Part shown: positions 1 through 10,628 of the stretch, piece by piece
How the letters are laid out: each line of letters starts with the position of its first letter
How positions within the stretch are numbered: position 1 is the stretch's first letter
Source: Felis catus
Taxonomy: Eukaryota
Reading direction: 5' to 3'
NCBI RefSeq assembly: GCF_018350175.1
Contig: NC_058369.1
Span: 24,926,001 to 24,990,000, forward strand
Length of the DNA stretch: 64,000 nt
Translations under genes and position numbers: made by a program
The notes under the pieces: model-generated
What the model was told of the DNA's origin: nothing
The model's database searches: none
What the model saw: only the letters and a program-made list of their open reading frames with translations

Positions 1-793
1 CAGTTTAAAGAGGGAAAACATTTAACAGCTCGTGGGGCCTGATCAATAAGGGCCGTTCTCATGAGGCCTGGTCACAATGGGCTGGTTGTTTAATCTTGGG
101 CTGCTCTTCAAGCTGCAAGTCCTCATGTGATGTCTGAAGGGTTCAGATAGCAATGGGGGTAGTCACATTTCCTCTGAGTGTGTACAGAAAAGGGCTGCAA
201 AAGCTGCCCCCAGATCAAACCAATTTCCTAATAAAAGTGGCAGACATTTATTTCAGAAAAAGTTAATTACGAGGCAAACACCAACACTTTTGCTTCTGGC
301 ATGAACTGACAATTTGTACATGATGCCTAAGGAAACCATGTCGTCCTATGTTGCCTTCTCATCAAACACAGAGCAGGCATCCTGCTAATTCTGGTGTGCA
401 GCCTCATTGTCCCCCACCCCCCCTCCCTGGCCATCAAAGCAGCCCACAGACTCAGGAAGTTTAAGAAATATTGAGGCAGAATCTCTCTTCTCATGACACC
501 TTCTCTGTCTCCAGCTGGCTGGCTTTCTTTAGAGAAATTTCTTTGAAGGCTAAAGAAGTTAAACATCTACCGCAGCTTATAATAAAATGAAAGTCAAAAA
601 TATAAGATGAATGCCTCTCCTGAAATATTAAGGCACATTTTCTAAATTATTCATCTCAGAACATTGCTTGTCTTTCAGGTGTCCTTGGGATATTTTGGCC
701 TCAGTGCTAAAATTGACTTGTGAACTAAAGCTATCTCAGTCATGAAACCCTCAAAATTTCTTGATCAAGGAAGTAATTGAGAAGCAGAAGTTA

Positions 794-987
794 AGGGCAC
801 CTGGGTGGCTCAGTAGGTTGAGCATCTGACTCTTGATTTCAGCTCAGGTCATGATCTCACGGTTCGTGGATTCAAGCCCTATGTCAGGCTCCTTGCTGAC
901 AGTGCAGAGCCTGCTTGGGATTCTCTCTCTCCCTCTCTGCCCCTCCCCTGACTCTCTCAAAATAAATTAAAAACTTAAAAAAAAAAA
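794..987 (+). mobile_element. CAN SINE (carnivore tRNA-derived)
   Basis: gggcacctgggtggctcagt head, (CT)n tract and A-tail. TSD agaagcagaagtta at 780-793 and 988-1001. Confidence 0.93.
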
Positions 988-2010
988 AGAAGCAGAAGTT
1001 AGGATAAGAGATCAACGTCAAAACGTAGGAACTCGAAGACACAGGAAGTTTAAAATATAAATACAAATGTAACTGGATAAAGAGAACTCACATGATAGTA
1101 GGATTTTTAACCTTCACAAAACATTCCCCAAACAGTGGAATGACTTTAAAGCTTGCTGCTGTGGCACTTCCTGCCTATTTTTCTGGAACAATGTGTGGAT
1201 CAGAGACATGAGAGATCTAATCCTGCCTGGAAGAAGTCATGGAAGTGATCTGCTTTTATTACCCACTTCATAACAACTGAAGACCACTTGCAGCTGGGGT
1301 GGTGCACACAAGACTCCAAGGCAACCGAAATGTAGTAACAGGGAATGGTGAGGACTGGGAAAATAGTGCATGCCTGGACAAATGAACAACCGCATTACGC
1401 ACCCAACAAAACACAGATTCCACCCAAGACCATAATCTGTTGACCCATAAGCCCCTAATCTAAGGTCACAGTTGATTTCTTTGTTCAATTAGGAAAGAGA
1501 ATGGGTTATTTGGGATGAAGGTCAGCATAATCCCAAGCCTTCCTATGAAGTTACTTATAATCAGATGTATGCTGAACATTAACAATGTTTAGTACTACTT
1601 GCTTATGAAATGACATTTTACCATGAGAGTTTTTTGGGGTTTTTTTTGTAGCCTAAACAAAGCACTTTTTTTTTTTTTTTTTTTTTTGGTGGTGGTGGAT
1701 AAGAATATGTCTCTGAATATTTACTGGAGTAGAAAGGGTAATAATTGTATTATTAGTAATTGGCCTAAATTGGATGTTAACTAGTTTTACTTTACTTGAT
1801 ATAAAACTAGTAACTGTTTCATATGTACCTTTACTTACTGCCAAAGGCCAAGTTATCTTTTAATGCTATGAATTCATAATCAGGTAAAAATTGTTTCCAT
1901 ACTTTAAAGAGATAAAGCCTAAACAGAATGATAAGTTTTGCTAAGAATCTGCCATTTAAATTTCTTCTGAAGTAAAACCAACATTTGCCGACAGAGAAAA
2001 GTCTAGCTAA

Positions 2011-2225
2011 GGTGCGCCTGGGTGGCTCAGTCGGTTAAGCATCTAAACTGTTGATTTCAGCTAAGGTCATGATCTCACGGTTCCTGAGACTGAGCCCTGT
2101 GTTGGGCTCTGTGCTGACAGCTCAGAGTCTGGAGTCTGCTTGGGATCCTCTGTCTCTCTCTCTCTCTCCCTCTGCTCCTGCTCTGTTTGTTCTCTCTCTC
2201 TTTCAAAAATAAACTTAAAAACAAA
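2011..2225 (+). mobile_element. CAN SINE
   Basis: tRNA-like head, (CT)n tract and A-tail. Diverged TSD aaaagtctagctaa / agaagtctagttaa. Confidence 0.92.
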
Positions 2226-2301
2226 AGAAGTCTAGTTAAATGAAACTCCCATCTACATTATTGAAATTTATTTTTAATCAAGACCAGAGAATTCTTCTTA
2301 C

Positions 2302-2378
2302 CCAGCCCACAAGGATGGGACCAACATGTTCAGTGGAGCCATCAGGCTTCCGAGCGTCTCGAAGCTGACTAAGGAGCT
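2302..2378 (-). CDS. ARHGEF3: ARHGEF3 coding exon 6 ((E)LLSQLRDARKPDGSTEHVGPILVGW), DH domain; gene continues beyond the window start
   Basis: 77 nt with a ttgaccag acceptor in phase 1, completing the Glu codon from exon 5, and a TGG|gtaaga donor. The preceding intron is 172 nt. Confidence 0.96.
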
Positions 2379-2550
2379 CTGGTCAAGAAACAAAAAAACA
2401 AAAAAACAGCATGCTTATTTTATTAGGCATTCAAATATGAACAGGACTGGAAGTAGATTCTGGGTTAATCAAGTTATTACATAATCATGACTTGTAAGAT
2501 GACTCAATTAAAGCCACAAGTCATGACTCATTGTGTGAACAAAATTATAC

Positions 2551-2647
2551 CTTCATGTAGAGGAATGAGAGAGTCCAGTGTTCCGAAAATTTGATTCAAC
2601 TCTTGCTCTGTCATTATGGAGAGTTTCAGCATGGGGTCGTGATAGGC
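2551..2647 (-). CDS. ARHGEF3: ARHGEF3 coding exon 5 (AYHDPMLKLSIMTEQELNQIFGTLDSLIPLHE + 1 nt), DH domain
   Basis: 97 nt with a ttatgcag acceptor and GAAG|gtataa donor; ends in phase 1. The peptide is visible in ORF-track entry 2528..2728. Confidence 0.97.
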
Positions 2648-2698
2648 CTGCATAAGAAAGGCAAGAGATGGAAGCAAACGTTTAAAATCAGAGGAAGT

Positions 2699-2964
2699 GG
2701 GGCGCCTGTGGCTCAGTTGATTAAGCATCCAACTCTTGATTTTGGCTCAAGTCATGTTCTCACGATTTGTGGGTTTGAGACCCACCTCAGGCTTTGCGCT
2801 GATGGTGCAGAGCCTGCTTGGGAATCTCTCTCCCTCTCTCTCTCTCTCTCTGCCCCTGCCCCACTTGTGCGCACGTGTGTGTGTGTGTGTGCGTGTGTGT
2901 GTATGTGTGTGTGCACGCGCGCTCTCTCTCCCAAAAAAATAAACATTAAAAACATTTTTTTTTT
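2699..2964 (+). mobile_element. CAN SINE with an internal (GT)n expansion
   Basis: ggggcgcctgtggctcagt head. TSD aatcagaggaag at 2686-2697 and 2965-2976. Confidence 0.92.
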
Positions 2965-4720
2965 AATCAGAGGAAGCAAGTGGTTAATGTAAAATGGCGT
3001 CTGTGTCTGTGAGGCCCTACATAATAACAAAATACCTGGCTCTCCCCAGACAACATCTCCCATAATGCTATGGAAGCAGCAGATGGGTGTAGCTAGAACA
3101 GATAAGAATCTAGTATTGCCTTGAGCCTTTTGCGGTTGTTGATAAACCAAAGCAGATTTTTAAAAAGCTTTTTTATTCTAATATAGCCCACATTTAGGCA
3201 AGGGCACAAATCCTAAGTATAGAGAAGATTTGATTCATATGATGTTTTAAAAATTTACTTTATTGAAGATCCTGCAGCTTAAAAATATCTGTTTATACAA
3301 AATTAGTTACTAGCAGGTTCTTTTTCAATTAGTCCATATCTAAACTAAGTAAAGGAAGAAAGAAAAAGTGGTGGCATCCTTTATGATTGCTTTGAAGCCA
3401 AGACAGCAAAATCTCTGTTAATCCTATCACCTCTGATTAATGATAATTAAACAAGAACACACAGTTATAGGGCACTGTAATAGAGCACAAAGACTCAGAT
3501 GGCACCATCCCTGCCTCCAAGGATATTTATAAAGCTCATTGGGAGATAAGAAAAACACATGGATAATTAGATATATGTTTAAAAAATAGCTCAAGATTAA
3601 AAACAGAAGAGATATCACATAGTAGCAAAAATCAATCAAATCATAACTGCCTCGAGGGTGAGAGAATTAAAGCTGGAGTATTCAGAGCAGATTTAAGATG
3701 AGCTGTCTGAATGGAGAAGGAAGCAGTAAATACTGGTGAAGAATGAACTGAAATTTGAGCTAGTTCCCGGAGGATGGCTGGATGCGGATGGTTGAAAAGA
3801 GAGGCTCTGCAGGAAGGTAGAAACGCCACAAGCAAAAGGAAGGCAGTGAAACACCCTTAAGGTGCTTAGCCTTGGTCTTGACACAGGAAGGGGGAGCAAG
3901 ATGTCTCTCAGAGTTAAACGCCTTCTCTGTCATCTCTGTCTTCCTCCTCCTCCAGCCCCACCTAAAACTCAGTTTCTTGGCTGTGTCCAAGCAAAGCGTG
4001 GATGGCCATCTCCCAGGAATGCTACAGAGGACACTTTATATCAGCAGGAATCTGGACTAAGGACACGTAAGAGAAGGGAGGCATCTTTCCAACCCTTAAT
4101 TCTTTAAAGAGGCTGGGAATATTAGATGAAGGAATCTGGATTTCAGCCTTCATGGGGGTCACTGAAATGGAAAGATTTTGGGAAAGCTTTGTTGTCAAGA
4201 CTATACAGGTTACAAGGCACAGGTTTCCTCTCCCCTCCGGCACACAATGTAATTAAAACACACGTTTCTATATAAAAGACCCTAGCTTATATGATAGCAT
4301 GCAATTGTCTCACTTTACCACTTTCTCTACTTAAGAGATTCAAACGACCTTATTTCTAAGACACAGTTCCAGTTTCAGACGTCCACACCCTCTCTTCCAT
4401 GGGTAAGGAGGCCCCACATGAGAGACAACGAAATATATGTAGAGCCAGGCCTCTGTCAACACTTTCTGATTAAACTCAAGTATTACTTGAGGTGCCTTAG
4501 AGACATGCACAGGAGAACCCTGACAGATACCAGGTCCAGAGAACCTTCTTGTTTTGAGCCATTTCCCCCCTACTTGGTTGGTTCAGTTTCTTCTCAATTG
4601 TTGATGGCCTGTCTTAGTCACAAAAAAGAGTTCTCATACGGCACAATCTTAGAAATGTGAAATTACCTAGAAGAAGAAAAAAAAGGAGGTGGCCCAAATG
4701 ACCACTGGATTCATATTTAC

Positions 4721-4783
4721 CTTTTTTGCCAATTTCAAGTCCTCTATCAAGTCTTCTTCTCCTTGGGAAAGCTCAAAGATTGC
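4721..4783 (-). CDS. ARHGEF3: ARHGEF3 coding exon 4 (AIFELSQGEEDLIEDLKLAKK), DH domain first helix
   Basis: 63 nt with a cttatag acceptor and AAG|gtaaat donor. It carries a DH CR1-like motif. Confidence 0.97.
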
Positions 4784-5794
4784 CTATAAGCAAAGAAAAA
4801 ACACATCCACTGAACATTCCACTTATGAGACCAAATTCAAACAGCACTGGTTCTGTTGCCCAAAGCCCCAAATCTACCAACTTCTTAAGTATTTTTAAAG
4901 GATTCTTTAAAAAGTTAAATTAACCTGTAGCAAATGCATCTAGTAGCTAAAACCTATAAAGGACAATTTTTGCAAAACTTCTGCATAATGTGCTTACCTG
5001 TTTGTGGGAGAAAGAGGTTTCACATATGTTTCTAACCCAGGAAGTCATCTTTCATGTTACAGAACTCGGGTGCCGCAGAGCAAGAGGGAATTATTTTAGG
5101 TAAAATAATGGCAGTTGGATTCTGCATCTCTCGTGTGCGCAGCAGCCATCATAAATGATTTCGGGGTCTGTTCTCAGTGATGGACATGGAAGTATTATGA
5201 ACTGGGCCATCACAATTTGTCTTTGCTCTACTCAACAGAAGGTGAATCTCAGGAGAAAGCTTTATTCTTATCAGCCACTTGTCTTGAGGCTGGAATTGTA
5301 GGAAGAATCCAATATTTTATCACTCTAAATGTCTGGTGGAGTTAATTCATTCTAAATTACTTCTCAGCCCTACACAGTACAATAAATAAAATTCTAGGAG
5401 CCAGTTGTGTGTAAGAGTGTGTAAATGGACGGTTTCTAATTTGGCTCTGCTAAGCCATCATAATTGAAGAACTACAATGCGTAGAATACTCTTTCACTCA
5501 TCTGGGAGTCTAAACTGTTGGCAAACATTAATTGTTGAAGGGTAATACGTTTAGTCCTTTAATAGGAGTGACGGTTTGGGGACTACTACATTTCTTTCAG
5601 ACTAAAGGGAAGAAGTGAGCAGGCTTGGAGAGTGCCCTCCATCTCTGGGGCTGGTGGACTATAAGACAACGAGTTTGTTCTCAGGTAAAGCAGGTGGAGA
5701 CAGAATACTGTACTAGAGGCCAGTGCATGGTGGCCCCTCCTGAGGCCCAGTAAAGCCTCCATATCATGCCCTCCTGGCACTCTATCTTGTTAAC

Positions 5795-6000
5795 CTTTTA
5801 CTTTGAAATAATTATGGACTCACAGGAGAAATTGTAAAAATAGTGTAGAGAGGTCCTGTGCACTTATTACTCTGCTTCCCCCAGTGGTGGCATCTTCCGT
5901 AATTACAGAGCATTACCAAGACCAGGAAATGGATTGGCACAATGCAGTTAACTAGACTTTATCTGGACCTTCCTCAGATTTCCTTATACATTTGTTTTAC
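5795..6000 (-). mobile_element. Old L1M-type 3' fragment
   Basis: The stretch ttttactttgaaataatt...aaaaatagtgtagagaggtcctgtgcac... resembles recalled L1MB/MC 3' ends and is similar to 30645-30850. Confidence 0.6.
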
Positions 6001-6492
6001 TAGAGCTCACTTCCACAGGCCTGACTGTCTGACTTCCAAATGTGGCCTCCAGGAGAGGAAAACCCCAGAACCCCATACTGAGAAACACCACATTCAGATG
6101 TTTGCTGTGGGGCAGCACACTGTCACCATGAAGACCATGGGCTTTGGAGTAGGACAGGACCTGGGTTCAAATCACAGCTCTGTAACGCTGTAGATGGGTG
6201 AATTTATATTCACTGTGCCTTAATAATCTGATCTGCAGAATCAGTCCCTCCTTCCTTCCTTCCCTCTATCAGATTGTACAAATTACATATTTATACTATT
6301 GACACTTGGGAAAACACAAAAAAGTTACGAAACTTTTGTGTTACAAAACACAAATGCAGAAAATTTTAATGTACCCGTAATACCATCTTTAACCATCATT
6401 AAGATTTTGCCATGTTTCTTCACAGGTTTTTTTCAGTGCATGTATTACTTTTAAATGCGTTTTTTTAAGTGTGCTTTCACCTAGCATCTCAC

Positions 6493-6704
6493 TTTATTTA
6501 TTTTAATGTCTATTTGCTTTTTGAGCGAGAGACCAAGCGTGAGCAGGGGAAGGGCAGAGACAGAGGGAGACACAGAATCCGAAGCAGGCTCCAGGCTCCA
6601 AGCTGTCAGCACAGAGCCTGATGTGGGGCTCAAACCCACAAACCATGAGATCATGACCTGAGCTGAAGTTGGATGCTTAACTGACTGAGCCACCCAGGCA
6701 CCCC
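6493..6704 (-). mobile_element. CAN SINE
   Basis: Reverse-complement head ...ctgagccacccaggcacccc, typical body and T-rich tail. Confidence 0.93.
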
Positions 6705-6759
6705 TTAAATGCTTTATTATTTCTTTTGACTAGATAATACATTAACATAATTCAAATTT

Positions 6760-6966
6760 GGGGCGCCTGCGTGGCTCAGTCGGTTAAGTGTCCAACTTCG
6801 GCTCAGGTCATGATCTCATGGTTGGTGAGTTCGAGCCCCGCGTCGGGCTCTGTGCTGACAGCTCGGAGCCTGGAACCTGCTTCGGATTCTGTCTCCCTCT
6901 CTCTCTGCCCCTCCCCTGCTTGTACCCTGTCTCTCTCAGAAGTAAATAAACATTAAAAAAAAACAC
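6760..6966 (+). mobile_element. CAN SINE (SINEC_Fc-like)
   Basis: ggggcgcctgcgtggctcagtcggttaag head. TSD aacata(a/g)ttcaaattt at 6744-6759 and 6967-6982. Confidence 0.94.
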
Positions 6967-8017
6967 AACATAGTTCAAATTTTATAGTGTACATATGGGT
7001 AGGTGGTGAAAACTTTCCTTCTAACCTCCTTCCAGCCACCCAGCTCCCTCCCAGGAAGCAACAATGTTATTAGTTCCTTGTGTGTCCTTCCAGAAATATT
7101 TTATGATTCTACAAGCAAATATATGCACGTACACATATACATTTATTTTTCCTTTCTTTTACATAAATGGTAAAAGAACATAACACACCCTACTTTGTGC
7201 CTTGCCTTATCCACTTAGCCATCTGTACATGCGCATCAGCACTTCTTGTGTTTCTGCAGCTACGTAGTCTTCCATGTACAGAGACATATTATTTAGCCTG
7301 TCCCTGGCAATAGATGTTCAGGCTCCTTCTAGCACTATTATAAACATTACTGTGATGAATATGTTTACATATATATCTTTTCATCTGTGTACAAGTGTGT
7401 CTGGCAGATAGATTCCTAGAAAAGAATGGCTGAGTCCAAAACCTAGAAAGTTTTCAAGTATTCCTTTTGTCAATGTCAGGTTTTCCACAGAAATAGATGT
7501 TCCAAGGGTTTCACTAGATGATGCACATTTAAAGTGTTTTGGCACAGTCTGGCACCTGACAAGCTTTCTATAAAGGGCAATATTACCACAGTCATTTAGG
7601 GCCATTGGTACCAAATATTCACATGTAATGAAATTAACTGCCTTCCATAGAAAAGTTTTCCACAAAACAGAATCAAAGTTTTATCAATCAAATATCTTAA
7701 AATATTCTAGGAGTTGCTATCAAAATATACCTAAAGTGATTAACTTTGTGAGCTCCAGGATCCTAAATAGACACTTCCTAATTCATTTTCTTTGTAAATT
7801 CAGGTTTTCGCATCAGTTTCTTTTTAAAGCAGCAACCACCCACCCAGCTGGGTGCTGGTTTCTTAGTTCCTTACGAGGTTTGACACCCCCATTTGTCCTC
7901 CTACAAATGCAAGGAAGAATTGATTCGGAGCCTGTGGTGTAGATAGACCCAGTTTGGCTCTCGCCTATAGTGCATTTTGTTCCAGACACAGGGCCAGCTC
8001 CTGGGTCCCAAGCCTAC

Positions 8018-8188
8018 CTCCTGACGTTTGATTTCCTTGGACGGAAGCATCTGATTGACGCACACATCGAAGGTCTCACTCCACAGCTTGCTATCTCTCC
8101 GCTTCGTGCTTGAGGGGGCGGCATTTCTGGACCAGGGTCGGGGGGTGAGGATGTCAGGACGGCTCTCACTGCGGAAGCTAATGGAACG
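8018..8188 (-). CDS. ARHGEF3: ARHGEF3 coding exon 3 (RSISFRSESRPDILTPRPWSRNAAPSSTKRRDSKLWSETFDVCVNQMLPSKEIKRQE)
   Basis: 171 nt with a ttgtttag acceptor and GAG|gtaggc donor; phase 0/0. It leads into the DH-domain KRQE motif. Confidence 0.97.
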
Positions 8189-8549
8189 CTAAACAATGAG
8201 AAAAACAAACTGTCATGGGGGCAGTGGCAGGACTAGGGTGGATCGTTTGAGCAGCTTCCTGTCACTGACAGAACATAAATCAGATGTTTGCAAGAAAGAA
8301 AGGACAATGCCACAAGGCCTTTTGGGAAGTGGGGCATTTTCTTGAGCCTACGTGCTAAGGGAAATTGGGCAAAGGGGCTGCCTTCACACATGTGCTGGGA
8401 GTATCCGTTCTGTGAGACCTGGACACAGCAAAGAGACATGCACGGAGGCAGCTCTCAGGGGAGCCATGGGCTCCTCTTTTTTTTCCAGGAGACAGCCCCC
8501 TCTTCAGAAGAACAAGAGTTAACAGTAGTGGGTGTCCTTTACATCTGGC

Positions 8550-8862
8550 CAGTATTCCTATTCTTCTCTTCCATCTAGGAACAGAAGCCTGCTATCCTTG
8601 GGTATTGGGTCTGGTGCACAGTTAGGGTGGGATCCCCCAGACCTGACCAGTCAGAGTACTCCTCCACCCCGGTTCAGGGAGCAGCACCTGATTCCCTGAA
8701 ATCTGCTAAGTGGTACATGGGAGAAAGAGTGGAAGGGCCTTTATTCCTTTGGTATTGTGAACTTAAGAGATAACATAAGCAGGAATTTCTTGCCACAACT
8801 CTCTCTATTCACGTGGTTAAGTCTGTTTGCTGTTGTGGAGAATAAAGGGACACACAGAATGA

Positions 8863-8921
<59 letters not shown>

Positions 8922-9130
8922 ATGGAGGGAGGGCACAAGCTTTACCCACACTGTTTAAACCTCTGGATCCCACTGTGCATGAAGCCATTAAGGGTCACTT
9001 TTATTTATTTATTTATTTATTTATTTATTATTTTTTTTAAGGGTCACTTTTAGATTAAGGGGCTAATACATTCCCCCTTATGTTTACATTAATCTCAGTT
9101 GGGATTCTGTCAACTTGAAAAGTACCAACA
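8550..9130. mobile_element. Probable degenerate MaLR (MLT1-like) LTR containing a (GA)n microsatellite
   Basis: Motifs such as ctctggatcccactgtgcatgaagcc and aatacattcccc...gttgggattctgtca resemble recalled MLT1 LTR ends. Boundaries are approximate. Confidence 0.45.
8865..8918. repeat. (GA)n microsatellite
   Basis: Uninterrupted GA run of about 27 units. Confidence 0.98.
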
Positions 9131-10600
9131 AATATACATACTAAATACTATCTTGGCAGCAAATGATGCCTGCCCTGACATACTTTATTTTCCAAAGAGG
9201 TTCTAGTAGACTTCAGGGTGTTCTAACTACCCAAAGTTCACCCTTGTGGCTGAAACATGCTGTCAGAGTGCCTTCTCATGACAAATACAAATGATTAAGA
9301 AGAAAGCTACGTGCACCATCTTCAGCCTTCATCCTAGAAGATTTCAACACACTTAAACTTTGCCAAAGCAATGAGGTGTTTCTGCACTCAAAACCACGTT
9401 CTCAATTAGCAAGGCAAGGCTGTGGCCACATGTCTATGGCCTTCAGTGAGAAGTTCCTCAGTTTGGCATAGAAAGCCTCTTGTAATCTAACCACATTCTA
9501 TATATCTAGATTCTCCTCCTGCCACTCACCCGTGAGTCTTCTATTCTCCAGCCCTACTGGGCAATCTGCCATTTCCTAAATGAATCATGTTCTGCCATCC
9601 CTCTGTGCATCCTTCAAACAGTCTTCTTTTCTGAGAATGTTTTTCTTCCATTTACTAGCTGGCTAACTGCTAAGTGTCCTCAGGATATAACTCAAACTCT
9701 TCCCTTAAGAAAGCCTTTACCAATGTTGTCCCACTCTTTCCCAGGGCAATCTGGGCATATCTCTGACACAGCAATGATCACATTTTGTTACACTTCCCGG
9801 TCACCTGCTCTGACCTAAAAACTTCCTGAGGGCAAGAACTGATTTTGATTGTGGCATATATGCTGTCATCACTAAGATATTCTAGCTTCCAAATATTTTG
9901 AGATTCAACAATAAAATTTAAGAAAGTAAATTTTATGAGAGCTATTCAACATAAGGGTATTGTTAAATAAGTTATAATTCATCTGCTTGACAGTATATTA
10001 TCTAGCCAATTAGACAGTTCTGAGATAATTTTAACAGCTAAAAATCCCTTCTATGTAAGTTAAAATCAGAACTAAAACCTGTACATGAATACTGTCTGTA
10101 ATTATGAAAAAAAGCACAAGAGCTAAGATATAAAAGGAACACCACAAAATTCTTTTTTTTTTTTTTTTTTTTTGCCTGATGACATTATAGGTGATTTTTA
10201 TTCTAGTTTATAAATTTTTTTTGTAATTCAAGAAAAAAATGAATAAATGAAAAATGTAAAAAGAAACTTCTAAGGGGCTTCAAGGTATTACCTTTTAGAA
10301 GCAGGAAGCTAGCTGTTTGCAAGTAGCAACATGAGTTCCTCAGGCTGGCACAGGCATCCATCAGCCCCTGGGCTCATTAGTGAGCTCATGATCACTGGAC
10401 CAGCCCTATGCTGGTCAAGAAAGGACTTGCACCAAATACGCAGTTCACTAAAGGTATCTTGCAAATCCTTGTGATCTCTTGAAAACAGGCCCTTATAAAC
10501 AGTGACCAGACTAATGCTTGCAGATCCTCACTACTCAGAATCAATTAGCCACAGGCAGGGAAAGGTCAAAACAAGCAAAGTGAGTCATCAGGTTACTCAC

Positions 10601-10628
10601 TGATCTCAGTTTTCGCTTCTGATTATAG
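10601..10628 (-). other. Candidate alternative microexon in ARHGEF3 intron 2 (28, 18 or 15 nt depending on the acceptor used)
   Basis: Minus strand reads ttttgtgttttcctctctttctgctctttaattcctaccccag CTATAATCAG AAGCGAAAACTGAGATCA gtgagtaa. It has a long pyrimidine tract, a cag acceptor and a consensus donor. Confidence 0.5.

Noticed and set aside
794..880. tRNA-like sequences with A and B boxes at SINE heads
   Set aside because: These are the tRNA-derived heads of CAN SINEs, followed by (CT)n and A-tails. They are not tRNA genes.
1..2299. Next ARHGEF3 exon (recalled LPCLSSYDSYC...)
   Set aside because: Not found. The intron appears to run off the window.
6481..6956. Recurring MAQSVK..SAQVMIS.. 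ORFs (also at 22267, 46415, 46656 and 60500)
   Set aside because: They are translations of the CAN-SINE consensus, not genes.
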